Assembly (NCBI GenBank): GCA_964358095.1
Contig: CAYHNW010000001.1
Location: 71,108-135,107, forward strand
DNA length: 64,000 nucleotides
Direction: 5' to 3'
Source of the DNA: an uncultured Candidatus Peribacteria bacterium
GTDB taxonomy: Bacteria > Patescibacteriota > Gracilibacteria > UBA1369 > UM-FILTER-53-11
The position numbers and the translations under genes are program-made. The notes below the pieces were generated by a model, which worked only from the letters and a program-made list of their open reading frames with translations, was not told the origin of the DNA and made no database searches. Positions 43,954-53,338 of this stretch are shown here, one piece after another. Positions within the stretch are counted from its first letter, which is position 1; each line of letters opens with the position of its first letter.

Positions 43954-44316
43954 ATGCACCCAAGACGCTCAGGTTCTATCGGCGAAGAGCTGGCCTGCAA
44001 ATATTTGGCCAGCCATGGATTTAAAATAATTAAAAAAAACTTCACGATTTCCGGCGGCGAGGTTGACATAATTGCAAAAAAGGCTGACCTTTTAGTTTTT
44101 ATCGAAGTCAAAACTAGAACAAATGAAAGTTTTGGCAATGCCGATGAAAGTATTAACTTTGCAAAAAAGCGCAGCTTAAAACGCACCGTCGCAAAATATT
44201 TGGCAAAATTTACATCTGGCGATGTTGACTATCGCGTTGACCTGATAGAAATCGAACTGGATCGCTACACAAGTGTTCTTGTAAAAATCAATCACCTTGA
44301 AGACATAGAATTATGA
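43954..44316 (+). CDS. yraN: YraN-family (UPF0102) endonuclease-like protein
   Basis: GEELACKYL...G..I...N.....GE.DIIA......VFIEVKTR. Confidence 0.85.
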   Translation: MHPRRSGSIGEELACKYLASHGFKIIKKNFTISGGEVDIIAKKADLLVFIEVKTRTNESFGNADESINFAKKRSLKRTVAKYLAKFTSGDVDYRVDLIEIELDRYTSVLVKINHLEDIEL

Positions 44317-45530
44317 ACCAACCGCACCAGCCAAGCCGCAAACAGGCAGTCGTATTCTTCTTTCTTACACTCGTGCTGGCGATTGGCGTGTATGCCTGGG
44401 TTTTCTTTTTAAATAAAGGAACCCTGCGAATTAATGGGGCTTTTCCATTTAAGGTGCAAGTTTCCGGAATTACAAAAACTTGCGATGCCTCTCCGTGCGA
44501 AATAACTCTTGAACCACGCAACCATACAATCATTTTGCAAAAAGAGGGCTTCTTTCCAGATAAAATCATCACAGAGGTAAAACGTTGGAGCACAGTGGAC
44601 GCTACTGCCAGTTTCAAATTCATACCGGTAGCAAAAGAGCTTGGTGAAATTTCGTTTCCTTTTAAATCTCTGCCTTTGCGTCCGCCATTTTTGGCAGCAA
44701 CAAAGCTTAAAAATTTTCCAAAAGAAACGAAGGATGTGATTTTTTCACCATCCGGCTCTAGCGCACTGGTGGTACTTGGAAAAGAAATTTATTTATATGA
44801 CGCTTTGAGCGGTACAACCGACAAAACTGACTTATTGATTACGAGCAGACCAACTTGGGCAGGGGAAAATATAGCAATTCTGGAAGACAAAGCCTCTAAA
44901 CAAATTCTGCAAATTATTAAAAACGGCAAGCGCGAAGTTGTCGTGAGTTTTGAGCGTCCATTTAAAAATCCAAAAATTTTAGGCGATGTTGGCGGAAAGA
45001 AAATATTGGTGGCGGCGAATGAAACCGCTGGCAGTTCATATTATTTAGTTGATCTTGATCAAAAAACACGCAAAAAAATCAACGTGCAGGTTGATGCAAA
45101 AAATCCAACGTGGGTTGGAATAAATCTGGCATTTGAACTTGGTGATGTCAAAACGAAGCGGGTGATTTTGGTTAATACCGAAACGCTTGAAGAGTTTTTA
45201 CTACCAGCGGAAGATTCACAAAATATTATAGAAATGGATAATGGAAACATTGTATTTTTGTCATCTTCAAAGCAAGATTCCGACCAGCCACCATTGGGAA
45301 TGTCGGTTGCGGAAGCGGTCGAAGAGGCTACTAAAAAGACCTTTAATCCTGAGAAAAAAGGTACTTCGCTTTTTGTGGTTGAATTTGATTTCGCAAAAAA
45401 AACTTATAAAACTTTGGTCGAAATACCTATTAAAAAAGGAGAAACGGTGAGCAGGCTAACGCCTTATACGAAAGACGGAAAAATTTATTTTGAAAAAGAC
45501 GGGAAGTTATTTGAGATTAGCTTGCGTTGA
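44313..45530 (+). CDS. membrane-anchored PEGA-domain protein
   Basis: N-terminal TM helix, then a PEGA-like segment (V.VSG..K.C...PCEITLEPRNHTIILQKEGF), then a beta-propeller-like remainder. Confidence 0.6.
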   Translation: MNQPHQPSRKQAVVFFFLTLVLAIGVYAWVFFLNKGTLRINGAFPFKVQVSGITKTCDASPCEITLEPRNHTIILQKEGFFPDKIITEVKRWSTVDATASFKFIPVAKELGEISFPFKSLPLRPPFLAATKLKNFPKETKDVIFSPSGSSALVVLGKEIYLYDALSGTTDKTDLLITSRPTWAGENIAILEDKASKQILQIIKNGKREVVVSFERPFKNPKILGDVGGKKILVAANETAGSSYYLVDLDQKTRKKINVQVDAKNPTWVGINLAFELGDVKTKRVILVNTETLEEFLLPAEDSQNIIEMDNGNIVFLSSSKQDSDQPPLGMSVAEAVEEATKKTFNPEKKGTSLFVVEFDFAKKTYKTLVEIPIKKGETVSRLTPYTKDGKIYFEKDGKLFEISLR

Positions 45531-45565
45531 TAACTCTGCCGCCTATTTCTGTGTAATAAAAAATT

Positions 45566-45605
45566 CATAAAAAGTTTAGAGAAATTTAATCTTCAGGTGC
45601 TATAC
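45566..45605 (+). promoter_or_regulatory. conserved 40-nt upstream box (copy 2) with TGcTATACA extended -10
   Basis: cataaaaagtttagaGaaatttaatcttca ggtgctatac. 36/40 identity with 1139-1178. It ends 8 nt before the comM ATG. Confidence 0.55.
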
Positions 45606-45613
45606 AGGGCTCT

Positions 45614-47119
45614 ATGCCCTCAAAAGCGTTTTCGGCATCCATCTTTGGATATGACTCTAAAACGGTCGAAGTTGAAGTGGATATTTTAAATGGCCCGGCT
45701 TCTATAATCATAGTCGGACTGGGGGATGCCACTGTGCAGGAATCCAAAGAGCGCATACGTTCGGCAATAAAAAACAGTGGGCTTGAGTACCCACGGCGTA
45801 AAAAAACCATAAATTTGGCGCCTGCAAATCTGCAAAAACATGGCCCGATGTTTGATTTGCCGATCGCCTTGGGTCTACTTTTGCAATCCGAACAGATTCC
45901 GCAAAACTGTTTAGCTAAAACGCTTATTATTGGTGAACTGGCATTGAGCGGTGAACTTAGGCGAATTCACGGAGCCCTTGCCATTGCGTCACATGCAAAA
46001 AGTGAAAATTTTGAAACGGTCATTTTGCCGGAGACCAATGGATATGAGGCTTCGGCTATTGCCGGTATAAAAATAATCGGCGCGCAGAATCTGGGGCAGT
46101 TGGTGCGACATTTGCGAGGTGAAGAAATAATAAAACCTTCCGAGTCTCATTCTCCAGCCTCCGATTTTTCAATTAATATGCCGTGGCATTTTGAAGATAT
46201 TCGCGGGCACGAGAGCGCAAAACGAGTTTTGACTATTGCCGCAGCGGGATGCCACAACGTCCTTTTATACGGACCGCCTGGATCCGGAAAAACTCTTCTG
46301 GCACGCAGCCTACAAAGCATTTTGCCCATGCTTAAATTTGAACAATCCGTTGAGGTTACGAAAATTTATTCCATTGCGGGTAAGCTGCCAAACGAAGTTC
46401 CGCTTATAAAAATGCCGCCATTCCGCGCTGTGCATCACACGGCTTCGGCGGTTTCACTGGTTGGAGGCGGTACAATTCCCAGACCCGGAGAAATCTCTCT
46501 TTCGCACCACGGCGTTTTATTCCTTGATGAACTTTTGGAATTCCCGCGTGCGACCCTGGATTGTCTCCGCCAACCGATGGAAGACGGCACAGTAAACGTA
46601 ACTCGTGTAGCTGGTAGCTCTATTTTTCCGGCGGAATTCATATTGATTGCCGCCACAAATCCCTGTTCGTGCGGGTATTATGGCGACCCGGTAAAAGCCT
46701 GTATTTGCACTCCAGTAAAACTGGAGCAATACCGCAAGAAACTTTCCGGCCCTTTACTCGATCGCATAGACCTAATGTGTTATGTGCCGAGACTTCCATT
46801 TGAAAAATTTTCAACATTAACTAACGTAAATTCATCGGAGCAGATTAGAGAAACTGTCATTTCTACGCGAAAATTTCAAGACGCTCGTGCCCAAACAACA
46901 ACGAACGGAAAGATTGCTTCAAAACTTGTACGTGAATTTTGCGAGCTCGATGCGGGTGGCACTCAGCTACTCAAAGAGGCTTTTTCTAAACTCCAATGTT
47001 CCGGCCGCGCATATTACAGAATTTTAAAAGTTGCCCGCACAATTGCCGATCTGGAAAATTCGGAAAAAATACGGATACACCATCTGGCAGAAGCACTGCA
47101 GTATCGTCCGCATTTGTAA
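45614..47119 (+). CDS. comM: YifB/ComM-family Mg-chelatase-like AAA+ ATPase
   Basis: Lon-protease-like N-domain (VEVDI..G....IVGL.D..V.ES.ERI), Walker A GPPGSGKT, LFLDEL and the C-terminal ChlI-type domain. Confidence 0.9.
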   Translation: MPSKAFSASIFGYDSKTVEVEVDILNGPASIIIVGLGDATVQESKERIRSAIKNSGLEYPRRKKTINLAPANLQKHGPMFDLPIALGLLLQSEQIPQNCLAKTLIIGELALSGELRRIHGALAIASHAKSENFETVILPETNGYEASAIAGIKIIGAQNLGQLVRHLRGEEIIKPSESHSPASDFSINMPWHFEDIRGHESAKRVLTIAAAGCHNVLLYGPPGSGKTLLARSLQSILPMLKFEQSVEVTKIYSIAGKLPNEVPLIKMPPFRAVHHTASAVSLVGGGTIPRPGEISLSHHGVLFLDELLEFPRATLDCLRQPMEDGTVNVTRVAGSSIFPAEFILIAATNPCSCGYYGDPVKACICTPVKLEQYRKKLSGPLLDRIDLMCYVPRLPFEKFSTLTNVNSSEQIRETVISTRKFQDARAQTTTNGKIASKLVREFCELDAGGTQLLKEAFSKLQCSGRAYYRILKVARTIADLENSEKIRIHHLAEALQYRPHL

Positions 47120-47133
47120 ATATTAACTTGCTT

Positions 47134-47162
47134 TTGCAACTTTGCTCACCTTTCGCTATACT
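47134..47162 (+). promoter_or_regulatory. sigma-70-type promoter of carB, leaderless-type
   Basis: TTGCAA-17 nt-TATACT, with the ATG 8 nt after the -10 box. Confidence 0.5.
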
Positions 47163-47170
47163 TTCGCGGA

Positions 47171-50100
47171 ATGACGAAAACGAACTTGAAACTACCCAAG
47201 AAGGTACTGATTCTTGGCTCCGGAGCGCTAAAAATCGGAGAGGCTGGAGAGTTCGATTATTCCGGTTCGCAGGCTATCAAAGCCCTCAAGGAAGAGGGAA
47301 TAAAGACAGTTCTGGTCAATCCAAACATCGCCACGAATCAGACTTCCAAGAACCTCGCCAACGAGGTTTATTTTTTGCCCGTAAATCCATACTTTGTTGA
47401 AAAAATTATAGAGAAAGAGCGTCCGGACGGCGTTCTTTTGAGCTTTGGCGGGCAGACCGCGTTAAATTGCGGAGTTGAATTAAATCGCAAGGGCGTTTTT
47501 AAAAAACACGGCGTGCGAGTTTTGGGAACGCCGGTTTCTGCAATTGAAGAAACCGAAGATCGCGAACTTTTTAAACGGGCTTTGGCAAAAATTAACGTAG
47601 CGTGCCCACGAAGCTTTTCTTGCACAGACAAGCCAAGTTCACGAAAAGCCGCAAAAAAAATCGGTTATCCTGTTATTTTGCGAGCTGCATTTGCGCTCGG
47701 CGGAAAAGGTTCCGGCTCGGCATATAACGAAAAAGAATTGGATGAGCTACTAGACACGGCATTTGCATTTTCGAGCCAAGTCTTGATTGAGGAAAACTTA
47801 AAAGGCTGGAAAGAAGTTGAATATGAAGTTGTTCGCGACCAATATGATAATTGCGTCACCGTTTGTAATATGGAAAACGTGGATCCGCTGGGCATTCACA
47901 CCGGAGAAAGCATTGTGATTGCACCTTCTCAAACGCTTACCAATCACGAATATCACTTCTTGCGCGAGCTTTCCATTCGCACAATTCGGCATTTGGGAAT
48001 TATTGGCGAGTGCAACATTCAATACGCGCTTGATCCAAAATCTGAAGATTATCGTGTGATAGAAGTGAACGCGCGCCTTTCTCGCTCTTCGGCTTTGGCA
48101 TCAAAAGCCACCGGCTATCCGTTGGCTTATATTGCGGCAAAGCTGGGCTTGGGCTACAGACTTTCTGAACTCAAAAACGCAGTCACAAAAAAGACAAAAG
48201 CGTTTTTTGAACCGGCACTCGACTACGTTGCTCTAAAAATTCCGCGCTGGGATTTGGACAAATTCAAAAAAGTTTCGCATGAGATTTCCACGGAAATGAA
48301 ATCTGTTGGCGAAGTAATGGCGTTAGGTCGCAATTTTGAAGAAGTTTTGCAAAAGGGACTCAGAATGCTGCAAATCGGGCTTCAGGGTTTTGCGGCAAAT
48401 AAAAAAGTAAAACTTCAGTCCAATAATTTGGCGCACGACATCGCTGTTCCAACCCCAAAGCGCATGCTGGCAATTGCAGAAGCTCTGCGCAAAGGCTGGT
48501 CCACTGCAAAAATTGAAAAACTTTCCGGCATTGACCGTTGGTTTTTGGACAAAATGAAAAATATTATAAAGATGGAGAAGCTGCTTGGTTCCGCCCGTTG
48601 CACTTCAGAAGATCTGCGCATTGCCAAGACAATGGGTTTTTCTGACAAACAAATTGCGAATATCACCGGCAAATCAGAAATGGACATCCGCGCGCTACGC
48701 AAAAAATTAAAAATTCTGCCGAGCATTAAGCAAATTGATACGCTCGCCGCCGAATATCCTGCTGAGACCAATTATCTTTACGTAACTTATCACGGCGAAA
48801 AAGACGACATAACAATTGACCACCGCCGCAAAAAAGTGATGGTGCTCGGAAGTGGAGCTTATGCCATCGGCACATCTGTGGAATTTGATTGGTGTGGCGT
48901 AAATTGCGTACAGACTCTGCAAAAAGAAGGCTACGAAACCATCATCGTGAATTACAACCCGGAAACGGTTTCCACCGATTATGACATGTGCGACAAACTT
49001 TATTTTGACGAACTTTCGCTGGAGCGCGTTTTGGATATTTATGAAAAAGAGCAGCCGATTGGCGTTGTTATTTCAACTGGCGGGCAAGTGCCAAACAATT
49101 TGGCATTAAAATTGCACGAAGCCGGCGTAAAGATTTTGGGTACTCATCCTCACAATATTGACAGGGCGGAGGATAGAAACAAATTCTCCGCATTGCTGGA
49201 TGAATTAAAAATTGACCAGCCAATGTGGCGCGAATTAAGTTCGCTTTCCAAAATCAAACAGTTTGCCGATGAAGCTGGCTACCCATTACTAGTTCGCCCA
49301 AGTTATGTACTTTCGGGTGCGGCAATGAGTGTGGCCCATAATTACGACGATTTGGAACTTTATCTCTCTCTCGCAACAGACGTTTCACCGGAGGCACCGG
49401 TTGTTGTGAGCAAGTTCGAGCAAGGCGCAAAAGAAATAGAGATAGATGCAGTTGCTCATAAAGGAGAAATAATAATCTTTGCAATTTCGGAACATATAGA
49501 AAACGCGGGCGTACATTCCGGTGACGCTACAATGGTTTTACCTCCACAGAAACTTTATTTTGAAACCGTAAAGCAAATAAAAAATATTGCGGCAAAAATA
49601 GCGAAGGCGCTGCAAATTTCCGGTCCATTTAATATGCAGTTTTTGGCAAAGAGCAATCAAGTAAAAGTAATTGAGTGCAACTTGCGCGCAAGCCGCAGCT
49701 TCCCATTCGCTTCAAAAGTAACCGGTCACAATTTTATAGAAATCGCTACGTGCGCAATGCTTGATCTGCCAAAAATCAACAGCTTTAAGACCGAAACTTT
49801 TCACACATTAGACATGGATTACGTTGGCGTAAAAGCTCCGCAATTTTCCTTCTCACGACTTAAGGGTGCAGATCCGGTTCTGGGCGTAGAAATGGCTTCA
49901 ACCGGCGAGGTCGCATGCTTTGGCAGCGACCTCTATGAAGCTCTTTTAAAGGCCATGATTTCCGTGGGATTCACAATTCCAAAGAAAAATATTTGTCTAA
50001 CAATCGGACGCATCGAAGATAAAGCCGACTTTTTGTCTTCGGCGCGCAAACTGCATCAAATGGGCTACTCTCTTTTTGCAACAGAGGGTACTTCAAAATT

Positions 50101-50386
50101 CCTCTACGAGAATCACGTGCCAGTTATGATGCTACACAAGGCGCGTTCCGGCAAAAAGCCAAATATCATTGATTATTTGATTGAAAAAAAGTTGGATCTC
50201 GTAATAGATATTCCAAAAACTTATGCGCGCGACGAAATCACCGACGGCTATTTGATCCGCCGCCGTGCGATTGATTCAAATATTCCACTCCTAACAAACA
50301 TTCAAATTGCACGAACACTTGTTGAAGCGCTTGAGAAATACAAACAAGACGATTTACCTATAAAGCCGTGGAGCGAGTACATCTGA
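47171..50386 (+). CDS. carB: carbamoyl-phosphate synthase large subunit
   Basis: 1071 aa with duplicated ATP-grasp halves (ILGSG...IGQA.EFDYSG; VNPN..T) and an MGS-like C-terminus. No carA lies adjacent. Confidence 0.95.
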   Translation: MTKTNLKLPKKVLILGSGALKIGEAGEFDYSGSQAIKALKEEGIKTVLVNPNIATNQTSKNLANEVYFLPVNPYFVEKIIEKERPDGVLLSFGGQTALNCGVELNRKGVFKKHGVRVLGTPVSAIEETEDRELFKRALAKINVACPRSFSCTDKPSSRKAAKKIGYPVILRAAFALGGKGSGSAYNEKELDELLDTAFAFSSQVLIEENLKGWKEVEYEVVRDQYDNCVTVCNMENVDPLGIHTGESIVIAPSQTLTNHEYHFLRELSIRTIRHLGIIGECNIQYALDPKSEDYRVIEVNARLSRSSALASKATGYPLAYIAAKLGLGYRLSELKNAVTKKTKAFFEPALDYVALKIPRWDLDKFKKVSHEISTEMKSVGEVMALGRNFEEVLQKGLRMLQIGLQGFAANKKVKLQSNNLAHDIAVPTPKRMLAIAEALRKGWSTAKIEKLSGIDRWFLDKMKNIIKMEKLLGSARCTSEDLRIAKTMGFSDKQIANITGKSEMDIRALRKKLKILPSIKQIDTLAAEYPAETNYLYVTYHGEKDDITIDHRRKKVMVLGSGAYAIGTSVEFDWCGVNCVQTLQKEGYETIIVNYNPETVSTDYDMCDKLYFDELSLERVLDIYEKEQPIGVVISTGGQVPNNLALKLHEAGVKILGTHPHNIDRAEDRNKFSALLDELKIDQPMWRELSSLSKIKQFADEAGYPLLVRPSYVLSGAAMSVAHNYDDLELYLSLATDVSPEAPVVVSKFEQGAKEIEIDAVAHKGEIIIFAISEHIENAGVHSGDATMVLPPQKLYFETVKQIKNIAAKIAKALQISGPFNMQFLAKSNQVKVIECNLRASRSFPFASKVTGHNFIEIATCAMLDLPKINSFKTETFHTLDMDYVGVKAPQFSFSRLKGADPVLGVEMASTGEVACFGSDLYEALLKAMISVGFTIPKKNICLTIGRIEDKADFLSSARKLHQMGYSLFATEGTSKFLYENHVPVMMLHKARSGKKPNIIDYLIEKKLDLVIDIPKTYARDEITDGYLIRRRAIDSNIPLLTNIQIARTLVEALEKYKQDDLPIKPWSEYI

Positions 50387-51157
50387 ATTTAATTCACTAT
50401 CTTCTGCCAAAATGCCGATTGACATTGCGCGTCCCCCAGTCGATATCCTCATAGATTCAATAACAGTGCCTAATCTACCATCATCACCGATATACAGTAC
50501 TTTTCCCAATTCTTCTTTTTCTATTCTTGTCTGTAATCCTCGTTGTCTTTTCGCCCAAGATGGCAGTCTTTCCCTTATTGATTCTCTAGTTCGAGCGAAC
50601 ACGGTTCTCCCGACTGATGGGCGTGCTGGCTTTATAGCATGTATGCCTGCCCCTTTAATCTGCGGCAAGAGATCAATAAGATGTGTTAAAGTAGCAAGTT
50701 CTGCCTCAGGGCTTAATGTATCTTGCAAATAATCAAGCTGAACACAAGCGCGTCCACGAAGTAAATCCATACACCCATGCCTTAACCGGTCGAATAAATA
50801 TCTGAATTGCTTCATAAATTCCTGTTCAGATAAATCCGTCAGTGCTCTCGGATTTTCCACATGTACCCCTGCATCATGAATTAACTGGCCAAGGTATGGT
50901 GTATTCAGTGCCAGTAAAAAGTTTTGAAGTTCGTCTCCTAGAGCAACAAGCTCATTGGACTCCCTATCTGCAGTAACATCCGACCTTGCAACACCAGCTT
51001 GATCAATTGGCTCTACGTGTCCCTCTAATGAGGATGCAATCATAATAAAATTATAAAAACTACGCGCACAAAGACGTATTTTATGGATTTGTCCAACATT
51101 GTCAACAACATTCCCTAAAAATGACGCAGCGGCTCCTTGTGACTTAATCCTATACAT
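50354..51157 (-). CDS. hypothetical protein (267 aa), no recognisable family
   Basis: Long ORF filling the carB-pdxS gap. Its 3' end overlaps the carB 3' end by 33 nt (convergent). Confidence 0.5.
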   Translation of the reverse strand: MYRIKSQGAAASFLGNVVDNVGQIHKIRLCARSFYNFIMIASSLEGHVEPIDQAGVARSDVTADRESNELVALGDELQNFLLALNTPYLGQLIHDAGVHVENPRALTDLSEQEFMKQFRYLFDRLRHGCMDLLRGRACVQLDYLQDTLSPEAELATLTHLIDLLPQIKGAGIHAIKPARPSVGRTVFARTRESIRERLPSWAKRQRGLQTRIEKEELGKVLYIGDDGRLGTVIESMRISTGGRAMSIGILAEDSELNSDVLAPRLYR

Positions 51158-51188
51158 CCCTCTTTATATCTGCTAAAACCTTATTGCT

Positions 51189-52073
51189 ATGAAGAAAATT
51201 GAAAAGAACACGCCTGAATTAAAAAGGGGACTGGCTCAAATGTTAAAAGGCGGCGTAATTATGGATGTGGTCACGGCTGATCAAGCTAAAATTGCCGAAA
51301 ACGCTGGTGCGGTTGCCGTCATGGCTCTTGAACGCGTACCGGCGGATATTCGCAAAGATGGCGGTGTGGCTCGCATGTCTGACCCAAAACTTATTAAAGA
51401 AATAATGAAAGCGGTCTCTATTCCGGTTATGGCAAAAGTTCGCATCGGCCATTTTGTAGAAGCGCAAATTTTGGAAGCCCTTGGCGTTGATTATATTGAT
51501 GAATCCGAAGTTTTAACTCCGGCAGACGAAGAATTTCACATTGAGAAAAATAAATTCAAAATTCCGTTTGTTTGTGGCGCACGTGATTTGGGTGAAGCTC
51601 TGCGCAGAATTTCCGAAGGCGCGGCAATGATCCGCACAAAAGGGGAGGCCGGCACCGGAAATGTGGTAGAAGCCGTACGCCATATGCGTTACATCACTCG
51701 CCAGATGGAGGCGTTAAAAGAATTAAGCAAAGAAGATTTGGCCGCAAAAGCTGAAGAAATGCGCGTTAGTTGCGAGTTGGTTAGCTGGGTGGCCAAGCAC
51801 GGCAAATTACCTGTTGTTAACTTTGCAGCCGGCGGCATTGCAACTCCGGCCGATGCCGCAATGATGATGCAACTTGGATCCGAAGGCGTGTTTGTGGGTT
51901 CCGGAATTTTTAAATCAAATGAGCCGGAAAAGCGTGCCGCAGCAATTGTAAAAGCGGTTTTGCACTACAATGATCCGGCAGTTATCGCAAAAGTTTCCGA
52001 AGGGCTAGGTACGGCAATGGAAAGTTTTGAGATTTCAAAACTAGATCAACTCTACGCAAAGCGGGGGATTTAA
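51189..52073 (+). CDS. pdxS: pyridoxal 5'-phosphate synthase lyase subunit PdxS
   Basis: GGVIMDV...[27 protein letters not shown]. Confidence 0.96.
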   Translation: MKKIEKNTPELKRGLAQMLKGGVIMDVVTADQAKIAENAGAVAVMALERVPADIRKDGGVARMSDPKLIKEIMKAVSIPVMAKVRIGHFVEAQILEALGVDYIDESEVLTPADEEFHIEKNKFKIPFVCGARDLGEALRRISEGAAMIRTKGEAGTGNVVEAVRHMRYITRQMEALKELSKEDLAAKAEEMRVSCELVSWVAKHGKLPVVNFAAGGIATPADAAMMMQLGSEGVFVGSGIFKSNEPEKRAAAIVKAVLHYNDPAVIAKVSEGLGTAMESFEISKLDQLYAKRGI

Positions 52074-53338
52074 TTAAATCCAAATACAGACGAAATTACC
52101 AGAAGAACCGTCGCTCCTATAATTCCAATAATTGTCAGCCACGAAATAATGTTTCCGATGGGCTTATTCGTGAACTCGCCCATTATCTTCTTGTTATTAA
52201 CTATCAGCATCACGAAGATAAGGATAATTGGCAGCAAAATACCATTTATATCCTGCGAAAAGATCATCACCTTCACAAGCGGCATACTTGGAATCAAAAC
52301 CAAAATCGCCGGAACTATAATTGAAACAAGAATTGTGATGTAAAAAGCTTTTCCATTTTCCCAATTAGTGTCGAATCCATATTCCCAACCAAACGCCTCA
52401 CAAAGGGCGTATGCGGTTGCTACCGGCAAAATAAAAGCACCAAGCATTGATGCGCTAAAAAGCCCAAAAGAAAATAACATTTGGGCAAAATCTCCGGCCA
52501 ACGGTTGCAGAGCAATCGCCGCGTCTTTTGCATCTGTAATTTTTATGCCAAATTTATACAACGTCGCCGCAGTACTGATAATAATAAAAAAACTAACGAT
52601 ATCGGTTATAAATGCGCCGGCAAAAACCTCTATTTTCTCTGCTTTGTAATGTTTTATTTTAAGCCCCTTATCCACAACATACGATTGAATGAAAAACTGT
52701 CCCCACGGTGTGATGGTGGTTCCAATTAAAGCGATCATAGTAAGCAAAAACGGCGTAGTCCACTCAACAGTTGGGGTCACAAGACTCGTGAGGGCACCAC
52801 TAAAATCCGGCTTAACTATAAATCCGTTGATAATATAAACGATGTAAAAAGCCGAAAATACCAAAAATATTTTTTGCGTCGTTTTAAATGAACCTTTGTA
52901 TAAAACGAACCACACAACCAAGGCGGCAAGTGGCACAGAAAGATACTTACTTACTCCAAAAATCTCAAATGATGAGGCCACTCCGGCGAATTCAGCCGTG
53001 ATTGTGCCCATGTTTGCAACCAGCATCGTAATCATGGCAAAAGTAGTCCATCTCACTCCGAAGTGCTCACGAATTACGCCACCGAGTCCCTGCCGCGTCA
53101 CAAGCCCTATGCGAACGCCCATTTCTTGCGTGATAGCCAAAGAAATCGTAACCAGCAACAAAACCCACAGCATTTTAAAACCAAAATGCGCACCGACTGC
53201 GGAATAGGTACTGATACCACCGGCATCGTTATCTGCATTGGCCGCTATAATCCCAGGACCAATGACGCTTAAGAAAAACATTATTTTGGTCCAAAACCGA
53301 CTTTTCGTGCCATTAGTAGGTGTAACTGCTGTGCTCAT
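52070..53338 (-). CDS. NRAMP/SLC11-family transporter with non-canonical metal-site residues (NRMT-like)
   Basis: 11 to 12 TM helices. The TM1 motif reads [18 protein letters not shown], so DAGG replaces canonical DPGN. The TM6 motif reads [12 protein letters not shown], replacing G-A-x-x-M-P-H-N. Confidence 0.8.
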   Translation of the reverse strand: MSTAVTPTNGTKSRFWTKIMFFLSVIGPGIIAANADNDAGGISTYSAVGAHFGFKMLWVLLLVTISLAITQEMGVRIGLVTRQGLGGVIREHFGVRWTTFAMITMLVANMGTITAEFAGVASSFEIFGVSKYLSVPLAALVVWFVLYKGSFKTTQKIFLVFSAFYIVYIINGFIVKPDFSGALTSLVTPTVEWTTPFLLTMIALIGTTITPWGQFFIQSYVVDKGLKIKHYKAEKIEVFAGAFITDIVSFFIIISTAATLYKFGIKITDAKDAAIALQPLAGDFAQMLFSFGLFSASMLGAFILPVATAYALCEAFGWEYGFDTNWENGKAFYITILVSIIVPAILVLIPSMPLVKVMIFSQDINGILLPIILIFVMLIVNNKKIMGEFTNKPIGNIISWLTIIGIIGATVLLVISSVFGFN

